Shown piece after piece: positions 51,000 to 63,482 of a stretch of 64,000 bases of DNA (the stretch's first letter is position 1; each line of letters begins with the position of its first letter). A program made the position numbers and the translations under genes. Under the pieces are notes generated by a model. That model was not told where the DNA came from and did not search any database. It was given only the letters and a program-made list of their open reading frames with translations. Source of the DNA: Geosiphon pyriformis uo1 (Eukaryota > Fungi > Glomeromycota). Location of the stretch: assembly GCA_016748015.1 (NCBI GenBank), contig JAAOMT010000282.1:228369-292368 (forward strand), in the 5' to 3' direction.

Positions 51000-51707
51000 A
51001 TGATTATTTCCCGAAATATTCAACAAATATCCTAAAAATTAATGTTAGTCTTGAAAACACTTCCTGACTTATCCATAACGATTAATGGAAGTCAAATTAA
51101 TTACATTCAGAAAGAAACCACAGCCCCAGTAATAAATAATTCTCAGAACTACCACCTCTATAGAAAAAAAACAAGAAGTTACTCTGAGAATAAGTTACCA
51201 GAACTTTTGAAGCAGGCACTAAAAGAAAACTTTTTATCTGCCCCTATTGACATTCCACCAAATGCCACAATACAACAAAAACTTCTACTATTACTTAATG
51301 AACAGAACAATGAACATACCCTCATATTTAAATATTTCTGCATTGGAAAAACATTTTATGAACGAAAACTAGAACTTGAAACAACAAATACCACCCCAGA
51401 AGCCATACAAAAACACATTCACAATGAATTTAAGACAGCAGCTGGATCAACAAACACTTGCTACAAACTTAGAACAGCTCTTAAACTCTATAACTTGTTT
51501 AATACTTGTAAAAACGTCCTACAAAGCCCAACACTTCAACCATTAAAAATACAATATATTGGAAAGCTCACAGAACTGAAATTTCAACAATTTTCAGAGC
51601 AAATCACTTCAATCATCTTAGACCACTATCTTGACATTACAGATAGTGCTTGGACTTTGACAGAGCTCAGTCTTGAGAAGGAGGTTATGTTACCAATAGA
51701 ATTTTAG
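51000..51707 (+). pseudogene. ORF3 of E (ATG at 51000, one TAA at 51033, then 221 open codons from 51042 running through the PPT into the LTR)
   Basis: ORF-track 51042-51707; homologous to D ORF3 and distantly to B/C/F ORF3. Confidence 0.8.
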
Positions 51708-52600
51708 CTATTAATTAGCATGAAATTATCCTTATAATTCCTATTATTAATTAATATGTTAATATCAATTCAAATTATCACTTATTATTTAATCAATTTA
51801 TCACATATCACGATTCAATTAATAATTCAATTAGTACAACAAAAAGTAAGATGATCAAATTACACAATACCCTGGACTTTGTAACATTCTAAAATTCGCC
51901 GAAATTTACAGAAATTTGCCGAAATTTATAAAAATTTGCTGAAATTATAAATAGTTCACCCAAATTAATCAATAGTTTAGTGAAATAACTTGTAGTTTAT
52001 CAAAATGTATCTTTAGTTCACCGAAATTTGAGCAAAGAGAAAAAGTACAAGTTCATAGACTAGTACTACAACAAGTTGTATAAAAGAAAAGCTTTTTTTC
52101 TTCAAAAAACCAAATTCTTTAATTATTGCACTTGGAAAATTCCCAAAAACCCAACTAACATTTTGAAATTGATTAGCTACCAATTTCAGTAAACTGTTAG
52201 TGACTCCAGGCCTGGATAGAAAACATTTCTCTTGACAGAATTCTATTTCTTTTACATTTTTTTATTTTTTTCTTCTTTTCTTATTTACAATTATTAGAGT
52301 AGTTTACAAATGAGATTCCTGTAAAAGAGTTGACTTTCATAGCAAAGTAATTACATATTTTTAGTAAGCTTTCAGACAAGCAATTTCTGAGAAAGAGTTG
52401 ACATTTACTACAATATAACTATATAAAGTAACTGGCATGGAATTGGTCATTCCACTTATAAGTCCAGCAGTTCAAATTATAAAAGATAATTTGAAGATAA
52501 ATTCAGTTACTGGAGGTCCAACTACTTTCTAAAAACGTGAATTCACAGCAAATTAACATTAACAACATTCAAGAAAAGAGACCAAAAACCTTCAGTAATA
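51688..52600 (+). repeat. 3' LTR of E (913 bp; type III 10-bp array AAATTCGCCG about 51891-51950)
   Basis: Direct repeat of 42787-43740, preceded by PPT gagaaggagg. Confidence 0.95.
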
Positions 52601-55600
52601 TTGATTTATCTGGTAGTTAGTTATCATGTCTTTTTTTTTGTTTTTCTTGTGACTTTTAGATGTTATTAGCTGCTCTTCATCATTTGTTTTCTAAAATTTC
52701 TATCAAATCATATGTTTTTCTTAGCAATGTTTCTTGAAAATTGTCTTCAATTATTGGTTCTGTTGGATAAGTATTGGCTTTTATCTCAACTGGTAATATT
52801 GCTGTTCTACTATATACTAATTCAAATAGTGTTGCTTGTGTAGTGTTTTGTTTTATTGTTTGATAAGCAAATAATACTAATAATATGAACAAATTCCATT
52901 CATTCTAGTTTTTTTAGCTGATCTTGGTTATTGCTTCATACAGTATTCTGTTAAATCTTTCAACTAATCTATTTGTTTATGGATGGTATAGTAATGATAA
53001 TGGTCTTTTTATCCCAAATCTTTGACTTAATTCTGCCAATGTTCTATTTACAAAGTGAGTTTTTTGATCTGATAATAGTTTTTTTGGACATCTATGTCAA
53101 CAAATTAAATCTTGATGAACAAATTTGGCAAAGAATTCTGTATCTGTTTTTTGAATGGTTTTTGTTTCTGGCCATTTAGTGAGATAATCCATGGCTACTG
53201 CAATATATCTGTTGCCTCTGCTAGTAATTGTTAATGGTTCAACTAAATCAATTCCAATGTAATCAAATGGTTGTCCCACTTTGATTGGTTTTAATGGTTC
53301 ACTGGGTTTTGTTCCTCTTCTGCTCTAACAAACATCACAATTTTGAACATATTGAATAATATCTAAATACATTGATGGCCAATAGTATCTTTTTCTGATT
53401 CTTTCTATTGTTGCTTTTTTATGAAAATGTCTTGCTGTTGGGTCTAAGTGCATGTTAAACAATATTGTTTCTTTTTCTGGTTCTGTAATTACTCTGGTTG
53501 GTTGATCTGAATTTCTTTTGTTTTTCAGTAAAGTTTTTTTTGATGATTAATAAAATATTTTGATTGTTGTTTTATGTTGTTTTGTTCTTTTTGAGATAAT
53601 TTCTCCTTGAACAATTGGGTATTTATATAATGTTGGAGTTGTTAGTATTTTTGTATATTTATCTTTTGTTATATTTTTAGGTTAAAATGTTTTTAGATTT
53701 GTCTTATTCGTGACAAACCATCAGCATTTCCATTTTCTTTTCCTTTTTTGTAGTGTACTGTATAATTAAATAGTGAAAGTTCTATTTTCTATCTAATATA
53801 GCAATTATCTCCAAATTTTTGTTTCTGAATTAAAGTTAATCCTTTATAATTAGTGTATATCTCAAACTTTTGGCTCAAGTATTTTTTCTATTTCATGACT
53901 GCCCAATAAATTGTTAAGTGTTTTAATGCTAGTATTCTATAGTTTTTTTCAGCTGGACTCAAACTTTGGCTGGCATATGCTACTGGATGTTCTCTTCTAT
54001 CTGGTTTTTTTTGTAATAGTACTGCTCTCAATGCTTGGTTTAATGCATTAATGATAATGATGAATAGTTTACTGTGATTTGAATACATCAACACTGGAGC
54101 TTGGATAAGCTTTTTTTTCAATATGTTAAAAGCTTCTTGCTGGTTTTTTGTCTATTCATATTTGGTGGTTTTTAATTGGAGCTGGTGTAATGACTACACT
54201 ATTTTTGAAAAGTCTTTGATAAAGCAGCAGTAATATCTAGCAAATCTTAAAAATGCTTTTAGTTTTGTCAAGTTGGTTGGTATTGGAAAGTTTTTGACTA
54301 CCTCAATTTTGTCTGGATCCATTTTAATATGGTCTTTGCTTACAACATGTCCCAAAAACTTGAGTTTGGTCTTTTCAAAGAAACATTTGTTTGCATTTAA
54401 TTTCAATTCTGCTTGTCTGAGTCTTTTAAATACTTGTTGGAAATGATGTAGATGATCATCAAATGTTTTTGAGAACACATTGGTGTTATCCAAGTATACA
54501 ACTACTAATTTCCATAACAGTCCAATATATACAATTTCTATAAGCCTTTAAAATGTGGCAAAAGCATTCATCAAGCCAAATGGCATTACTTCAAATTCAA
54601 AATTTTTTTCTCAAATTGTAAAAGCTGTTTTCTTTTTATCTTCTGGTTTCATGGCTACTTGCCAATAACTACTGTTCAAATTTAAAGTTGAGAACTATTT
54701 TTTTCCTTCAAAAGCATCAAACAGTTCCTGGATCTTTGAAGTTGGGTAGCTGTTTCTCTTGGTTACTCTATTCAGTTTTTGGTAATTTACACAAAAACGG
54801 ATTTTTCTATTTTTTTTATAGACTAGTACCACTGGTGATGACTATAGGCTCATTGATGATTGAATTAACCCATTGTTAAACATTTAATTGATTTTTTGAT
54901 AAATGATCTTATGGCTGGCTGGTGGTACTCTGTATGCTCTTTGTTTGATTGGTATTGTATCTTCAGTCTTAATCTGGTGCTGGATTATGTCAGTTCTGCT
55001 AAATTCATTTTTGCTGGCAAAGATGTTATTAAAATTGTTGAGTAATATCTTAAGTTGCATTAATTGAAATGGGTCTAGATTTTCCAAGTTCATCTGTTTC
55101 AATTGTTTTGGTTGGAGCAGATAACATTTTTCTTATCTGTATATTGTTTGAGATGTGATATTTACATATCTACACAGTTGTGAAAAGTCTGGAATGAGGT
55201 TTGGCAGTTGGTCTTCAATTTCAGTGGTTAGATATCTGATGTTGGTTCCTTCTGGTATCTTGATAATATCTCTCATATTGTTGTAAATGAGAATTTTGAT
55301 GTGATTGTGGTTCTTGGCTAGTATGTGTAGATTAACTAATCCAATCTTTTCTGATTCACAAAGTGTTGCTTCTGCCTCGAAAATCTGAACCTGATCCTTC
55401 ATTTTTCTCTCTATGACTATTATGTACTGATTATATAGTGAAATGGAGATTGATTGACAAATGGAGATAATTTCTCTCTTGTCAATAACCTTTTCTTTTG
55501 CCATATTGACTGGTACATTTATTCTATTTGTGGATTTAAATTCCTGTATCCTTTTAGCTGTAATCTCTAATTCTTTCTTGTTTTCTACTAATACTAATTG

Positions 55601-58600
55601 AGCTACTTTAACCAGAAGCAGAAATATTGTCTGTGCTATCTTTTTATTTGGCTCTATTATATAAGCCTTTTCTGAGTTATTTTGTAACATAGCAATAATA
55701 TTTTCTATGTATTCTGCATTAATTATTCCTTCTCTGATGTTGATTTCTTTTTTCACTAAGCTACTTCTAAATGCTAATTGAATTATTGTTGTTGTTATAA
55801 TTTCCAGTGCTATTTTAAAATCAATACAGATGTGTGAGTGTGGTTTCAATTTGATGACATCCTTTCTTGAATATCTCAGATCAAATTCTGCATCAGTATT
55901 ATGTGTACATTTGGGCATAATACTTTTATTATTATCACTGAACCATTTTAGTTTTTGTTCTTTAGTAAGATCAGAGAGTACAATGTATGTTTCAGGATTT
56001 GAATTGGAGTCTAAATCATTGTTATTTTTGTTGTCATGTTGAGTAGACCTGGAACCATTGTTTTTGTTGTCATCATTGTCAAAGTTTGAATTGGGATTGA
56101 ACAGTGATTCCAATTTTGATCCACAGCTGCTGATTGGTTTTTCTTCCTCTGGGATTGTGTAGATCATACATGGTGGTAAATTGTAAATGAGATTACACTC
56201 ATTACAATATTGAAAGTCATAGGGAATCAAACAGTAGTTACATAATTGAATATTGATTTTCTCCAAATATTGCTCTTGTTTTTCTCTGATGGGTGCTAAT
56301 TTTTGGTAGTGCTTATAAAATTGTTCTGGGTTCATAGACTCTAGGATAATATTTGGGTTTAGGTCTCAGTCAAATTTTATGGATTCTGGTGGGTTGTTTT
56401 TGATTGTTTTTATTTCTTCTGGTGATGCTCCTTTGATTTTGGCAAGTGTTATTTGCCAGATTTGTTGTTATTATGTGGACATCTATCCAGATGTTTTACA
56501 GCTCTTCTCCAGGCAGCTTCTATTGGTATTTTTTTTCTAATCCAGTCACTTATTAGAATCATGTATTGACACAATTTGTTGCACATCTTTTCTTGCCCAG
56601 GAATGTCATTTCACATTTCTTTATTTAAAAAAGTTTTTCTACAAGCCAAGCATGGTTCATTATCTTATTTTCCAACTTATTTTGGTTTTCTAAAGCATTC
56701 AAGGATGCATGAGTGGCAATAAAACTTAGTTGTTATTTGGTGTTTTTCATTGTCATTACAGCATGTGTCCATTAATGACAATTTCTTACTGCAATTAATA
56801 CATATAAGCTTTGGTCAGCAATAGGTGAATTGTTGTGGTGTAGTATAAGTGATAGTGTTGGTGGGTGTTGTTTCTTCCTCTTTCTCTTTTCCTTTTCCTT
56901 TATTGCTTTCCTTCCAAGTTATTAGCTTTTTCTGGTCATTGTCAGTTTCTTAGACTTAGTTGGAATTCCAAGTAAGTTCTTCTTTTTGCTTTCCTTTCCC
57001 ATTGTTGTCCCAAGAGAGTATTAGTGGTAACTTGTTGTGGTCTTCATTGGTCCAAAAGACTTAGTATGCTTCTCAGATAGATTTTTCTTTTTTTTTCTCT
57101 AGTTCAATTAATGGTTGTTTGCTTGAGGAAGCTTTAAAGTGTTCACACATGGCTGGAACATGCATGTGTTGACCATTTTGGCTGAGTTGTAGTTCTTGTG
57201 TGGTCCAGTCGAGTATGGCATTTGTCTTAAACAGCCAGTCATTACTCACTAAGGCTTGGTATTGGGTGGCTTTTATTACCAAGACTTTAATGAGTGTAAT
57301 AAGACTGTTGATTTTGTATGAAAACTTGTCAATCTTACCAATAGGCATCTTTGTGGCTCCATTAGCAGTAATAATTTTTGTACTGGCTGTACAGTCAACT
57401 TGGTAACCTAATTGATTTATGAGTTGCCTGGTAATGATGCTGTTTGCTAAACTACTATCTAGGATCAGTTTTATGGCCTGACCATCAACTTTAGCATTAG
57501 TGTACATAGCAGTGATAGGTTTCTTTTCGAGTGTGGCTCCATTGAATAATGGTGTTTGTAACAGTTTCTTGAATTCAAATAGGAAAATTGCTGCTAGCAA
57601 TTCATCATTAGTTATGGTGGCTAGAGGTATATTGCTAGTAGGTGATTTGGTTAAATTCCTAGTTGTTGGATAAGATGTTTTCTGAAATAACCAAAAAACT
57701 TAAATAGTGTTAGACATTTGGGTTTTGGGTGTACCCAGTGCTTGAATTCCATTGTTAAGATCTTGATGGCTGGGTTGAGGAACTGGAGATTGGTTGATAG
57801 ACTACCATTGACAATCTTCAGCTTTGTTGTGTCAGATTTGGTCTTTGAGTTCTATTTTGAAATAAGTTTTGTGGCAGTGTTTGAATTTGTTGAGGTTGAT
57901 AGATTACTTAAAGCTGTGGCTGATAGATAAGTTGGGATTACAGTTGATAAATGACAGATGTTGTTAGCTGATAAATTGGAGCTTGATATACAGGTGGTTA
58001 ATAAATTGGCTGTTGTGTTATTTGGGTGTAATAAGATGAGTAATGATCCTAATTTGGGTATTGATTTGGAGTTTGAAACCTGTGATTGGGGTTTTGATAT
58101 TGATTTCCCGATCATAAGTTATTATTATAAACACGACAGTCAATTCTCAAATGGCTTTGTTTATCACAGTTGTGGCAAATATGCATTTCTTGTTGCCATA
58201 ACTGATTGGATGATAATAAAAGATGTGACTGATTTTGGTAATGATTTACGTTTCTGGAATTATTGCATTATTAGAATGGCTGATAAATTGTGCAATTGTC
58301 AGCTAAGTATCCTTTTAATTTCTGATTAATTAAATCACTTAGTTGTTTCAATTTAAAATTCAAGTCAGATAATCCATTCATAACTAGGTTTATGGTTTGG
58401 GCATGGTTAGTCTCTAATTCAGCTGACTTAAAGTCTCTGGTCCATGTAACTGTGTCTTGGAGTGTTGCTGAATGTAATGGTTATATACATTGCAGAAGAT
58501 TACTGCACAGACCACGGATAAACTGGTTCAAGATTTGTGGCACTGTAAAATAGTCAGCTTGAATTGCTTGAATTTGGCACAAGTTCCTGTAGAAGTGTCC

Positions 58601-59844
58601 CAAGTAAGTGATAACTGTTTCAGTTTCTCTCTGTTTGATTGTGTTGAAAACATTGGCTAGGCAATTAATACTGTTATTATTACTAAAATATTTCAAAAAT
58701 GCAGTTTAAATTCCTGAAATGTTTGACGTTTGGCAGCTAAACTTTGATATCACAAGTTGGCAGTATCTTAGAGAAAATAAGAAATCACTTGAAAAGCTCT
58801 GTCATTATTCTATCTATTGGCTGTGATAGCTTTTTTCACATCATTAAGTCATACTTGAGCATTATCTTTCTTACTGGTAAATTTTTCAATTTTGGTAATA
58901 GGTGCATATGCTATTGGTACTAATAGTAGTTGTTGTTGCAGTTGTGATTGTTGTTGAAGTGGTTGCTGCAATTGTTGTTGAGGTACTAATTGTGACTGTT
59001 GCTGTTGCTATTTGTCAATTGGTGGAGCTGGTAGTGGATTAATTATAATTACCGAAGATAAGTTTTCTTGAATGATAATATTAGGGTTTTAATTATTCTG
59101 ATTTTTTGAAGTTTGATTAACCAGAGTTTCAATTTCTGAATTTTCTAAGATTGGGTTTTGTTTGCTAATTTCCTGATCATTACCTTTTTTTTTCTCTAAG
59201 TCAGTTATTTCTCAAGAACTAATGGCTCCAAAATCTGGTTGTGATAGGGGTGATTGAATTTCTGATAGCATTGGGGATCACAATTTAAATCTCTTAAAAT
59301 AATTGTCATATGTTTCTAATAACTCTGCTTTCTTTTGTTTACTTTGAAATAGAATTCTGTTTAGTGGTGCTGTTTTGCTTGCTGTAACCATACTTATTAT
59401 ATTGATAGTACTTCCAAGTGTGTGATGATATGATGGATTAACAGATGAATTAAATCTTTGTTTTTTCCAAGTAGATAATTGGATTTGCTTTGGTGTTTCT
59501 ACTGGTGTTTGTAATCTTCCTTTTCCTTTGTCAGCAAAAGTGATAGGAAATCTTTGCTTGGTGTATTTTTCAATTTTTCTGTTTATTTCTGTGATTAAAG
59601 ATGCAAATAAGTAGTTTTGTGGAAGGATGGTGCTTTGGAGTAGTTCACTAAAGAAATTGTTGAAGACAAATTTTGGATCTTCTTGGCCTCCCAAATAATA
59701 TACAATTTTTTTATTAACATAGCAATTGAAAGCTGATTCTGTTGGCCAACTGTTATTTGTTAATTCAAGATGAGTGTGATAATATTGAAATAAGAATTTT
59801 GTAAATCCCAAATGGTTTGTTCTTGTTTCTTCAGATTCTGTTAC
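52601..59844 (-). pseudogene. gag-pol: gag-pol of F (dUTPase within ORF 55133-56335)
   Basis: Fragments 59278-59811, 58481-58696, 57073-57600, 55133-56335, 54194-54493 and 53097-53279 are collinear with B. Confidence 0.93.
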
Positions 59845-59891
59845 TGTTTCAGATAGGTGTTGTGTTGGTGCTGATTCTCTATAGAATTATA

Positions 59892-59908
59892 CCTTACAGG
59901 GAGCACCA
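59892..59908 (-). promoter_or_regulatory. PBS of F (TGGTGCTCCCTGTAAGG)
   Basis: 2 nt inside the 5' LTR end. Confidence 0.85.
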
Positions 59909-59910
59909 AA

Positions 59911-60723
59911 TATTACAAATGATTATTTGGGGTCTCAAAACAAATAACAAACCCATAACTTAGTGCTTAACAGTTAATTTTGTTAGTAATATTGGTAAGT
60001 TGTTTGGTTTGAAAATTTTTGTAATTTGATAATTTTGATGGAGTTCTTTGTATAATGGACAGAAATGTAATTGGTTGTTTTATCCAAAACTGCAGTTTTG
60101 TCAATTTTTTTCTTAGCATGATAACTGGTAATTTTCTTGGTAAGATATCCTCAATTCTGAGTGTCTATCCTTATTCCTGGGTCTTTTACCAGTGTTATAT
60201 CCTGACATCAGTACCTCTGCACATAAATTCTTTTAATTAAGTTAATAAAACAAAAAAAATAACAAAAGAAAATAAAAGAAAATAAAAAAAATAAGCCAAG
60301 ACAATAATTTTTAGTATTCTGTTAATAGCCATAATCAAAAGCTATTGTTTCAGCATGATTAAGTATTTAAGACTATCAACATGAAGTGTTGACAGTGGAG
60401 AGTAAATTAAGATATCAAATAATTATTTATTAATATTTGTGAATTGGAAGGCTGTTTAGATCAAATTTAAACTGAGAGGTCTGTTTTTTCTACTTTTAAT
60501 ACTACTACTATATATACATAATTGAGATTCCTCAATTTCTTAATTCTTCCTATCAGGAATTCTGGAATTTTTGGAATCCTGCAATTCTTTGTATAAGAAT
60601 CCTGAAATTTCTGGAATCTTACAATTTCTTTGAGAGGAATTCTGAAATTCTACATTTTACTATACTTACTTCTGATTGGCTAATTTATATGGGTAATATA
60701 CTTCCTAGATTTTATGAGTAACA
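59911..60723 (-). repeat. 5' LTR of F (813 bp)
   Basis: TGTTACTCA...TGTAATA on the minus strand. Confidence 0.93.
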
Positions 60724-62170
60724 ATATTATTAGTGTTTACATAGATGGATCTTTAAAAAATTTGGGTTTTTGTGAAATGAAGTGTGGAACAGCTGCATAT
60801 TTCTCTAATTTGGATTTGAGCATTGGCATTAGAATTGGTAAGTTGGTATCTTCCACTATGGCAGAATTGCAGGTGATTGTTCTGGCTTTGGAATGTGTTC
60901 CTCTTAACAGTTTTATTGTGGTTTATTTGGACAGTCAAGCTGCCTTGGATGTTTGTGTTGTTGAATTGGCTTTGACTTCTTCAAACTTTTGCAATCATTG
61001 CTGGATGGTGTGGTGTGGTATTGTTAATTTTATTAAAAAAAAAAGACTTGATGTTTTCTGGTGCAAGATTAAAAAACATTTAGGTGTTTTGAATAATAAG
61101 TGTGCTGATGTGTTAGCTGGTTTGGCTACTGGTTTTAATTTGGTGCTTTCTGTTTTGATAGAGAAAAAGTTCATTAAGACTGGTGGGGTGGCAGTGTCTA
61201 GTAACATTTGACATATTGCTTATAAAATTTTCAGGTTTGTAAATCATGCTTATTGGGAAGTTGAATCTGGTTCTAATGTTGTTAACAAAAACTTAGTCAG
61301 TGATGTGGATTGAATTTGCACTACTTTAGTTTGGCATTTCAACTCACACATGACAACTGGATTCATTTGTAAGTCTATGACTAATTTGTATTTATATTTT
61401 TTAAAGGTGCTCTATTGCCATCTGCCAGTTGCTGTGTAAAAGCATTTGTATAATAGGGTCTATCTGAATGTTTTGTGTTTTCATTATGGAAAGATAGAGA
61501 GTTCCAATTATTTATTTGTGTGTTTGTTTAACTCTGGTGTCCATAAAGACCTGTTTGTATTCTATCTGGCTAATTGGCATGTTGTGTTTGGTTTGAGTTT
61601 CTCTTTGTTTCGGGTCTTGCAAGTGCTTTCTTTGTGTGTTTCTAATAATGTATTATATACTACTATAAGCAAGAGCTTTTTGTTCAAGAAGTGGTTTCTA
61701 AAGGCCATGTCTATTTTTGATAATGCTAAGTTTGTGGAGAATTTTATTGTTAATTTTGTTCAAAGCTTAAATGCTGCTTACTATGCTAAAATTTGATTGG
61801 TTAAGGTTAAATATAGGGCTTTTATAAAAAAAAGTGGTTTGATTTTACATAATATTTCTACTTTTCCTATAATCTATGATTTGTTGTGTTTGTTTTTGGC
61901 TAAAATTGTAAAGTTACTTGGAGTTGCTAAGGCTCTTGGTGTCTGTTTTGGTTTTTACAAACATTGCTGCTTTTTTGTAGGCATTAATAGTATAATGTCT
62001 GTTCTGTTAAATTTATAGTGTTGCTTTGATCAGCCCAAATGGCTGGTCATATGTAAAAAGTACATGATTTGCATCTAGTTTAGATCACTTAGTTCAATAT
62101 ATTGTGTTAGATAGCATTTGGGTCTTAGTCATTAAATATTATAAAAAAAATAGAATATAAAAATAAAAAT
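60724..62170 (+). mobile_element. LINE2 right arm: RNase H, degenerate C-terminal zinc finger, 3' UTR and A-rich tail
   Basis: VYIDGS, SSTMAELQ, YLDSQAAL, KKHLGVLNNKCAD; stop at 62018; A-rich from about 62140. Confidence 0.88.
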
Positions 62171-63335
62171 AATTTTTATTTTTATTTATGTTAAAAACAA
62201 TAATATTAAATAAAAAAGTTATTATTTTGTTTGTATTTATTTTTTTAGTTTTAGAAATATTTAATTAAAAGTTTAAAAAAATCTTATTTTTGTTTTATAA
62301 TTAATATTAATTTTTGAAAAAATTTTGATTTTTTTTACAAAATTAGCTTTTATATTTTTAAACTATTTAATATTAGTATTATTTAAAAGTATTTTTAAAG
62401 TTAAATTTATTTTATTATTTAAAATCTTAATATTTTTAACCAAAACTTTAGGTTTTTATATAAAGATATTATTTGTAAAATTATAAATAGTTTTTTTTGC
62501 TGATTTTTTTTTAATTATATTAATATTAATAATAATTGTTAATTTTAAGACAAAAAAATTATTGTTTTGTAAAATAGTTATAAAAATATAACCAAAAACA
62601 TAAAAACTTTTTTTTTGCTTAATTTAAAATAAAATTTTTGGAATTTCACTAAAAAATTGAATTATTTAATAAATTTATAGTTAAATATATTAATGTGTTA
62701 ATAATTTAAATTACTTTTTTATTAATTATTAAAAATAGTTTTATTTAATATTAAATACCTAAGTTTTTTTAAATTAAATATATTATTGATATTATTTAAA
62801 AATTAATAAAAAATTATAGTATATATTTTTTAAATAATAAAAATAATAAATTTATTAATAAAAATAAAAATTATTAATTAATAATTTTGTAAAAATATAA
62901 ATCATTAATATAAAAGTAATAATAAAGTTATTAAAACTTTAATATATATAGATATGTTTAAAATAAAAAATTAAATACATAATTAAAATAAAAACAAATA
63001 TTTTTTTTTTAATTTATATATATCTTAGTATAAGTTTAAATTACTGATTACATATAAAAAATGTATAATTAATATTTTTGTTACATATTTTAAGTTTTAA
63101 TTTAATTAATACATAAAAAATAACATTATTAAATTTGTTTTATTTACAAATTAAAATATATAAACTTTTATTTAATAAGTTTAATATATACAAAATAATA
63201 AATTAAATATATTTAATACTGGTCTAATTTTTTCCAATTTTAAAACTCACAATTATTTTTATTTTAAAATAATAAAACGAATTTTATTCAATATTAAAAT
63301 ATATAAAACAATAATTATTAAAAAACAATTATATT
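62170..63335. other. Extremely AT-rich low-complexity tract
   Basis: About 1.2 kb with very few G/C and no ORFs. Confidence 0.7.
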
Positions 63336-63482
63336 ATATAGGCATACGGCAGGGTTATAATTTAACAATAGCGGGTTTGTTACCTAAATACTGATAAATC
63401 AAAGATCTGAAACGTCATTGACACGAACCAAACATATATTAGGCCCATATCTTCCCAAACCATAACAAACACGCAAAACACC

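Larger units (their letters stand above)
42787..52600 (+). mobile_element. Full-length Ty3/Gypsy element E (9.8 kb; divergent sister family) nested in F integrase
   Basis: LTRs 42787-43740 and 51688-52600, PBS 43743-43760, PPT 51675-51684; F integrase rejoins as LPDK.VKF. Confidence 0.95.
40943..60723 (-). mobile_element. Full-length Ty3/Gypsy element F nested in LINE2 and interrupted by E
   Basis: LTRs 59911-60723 and 40943-41764, PBS 59892-59908, TSD acat/atat; the LINE frame rejoins as LDIISVYIDGS. Confidence 0.95.

Noticed and set aside
62170-62650. Continuation of element D beyond the LINE2 tail
   Set aside because: Only vague AT-rich similarity to the E pol-ORF3 spacer; no convincing alignment or TSD
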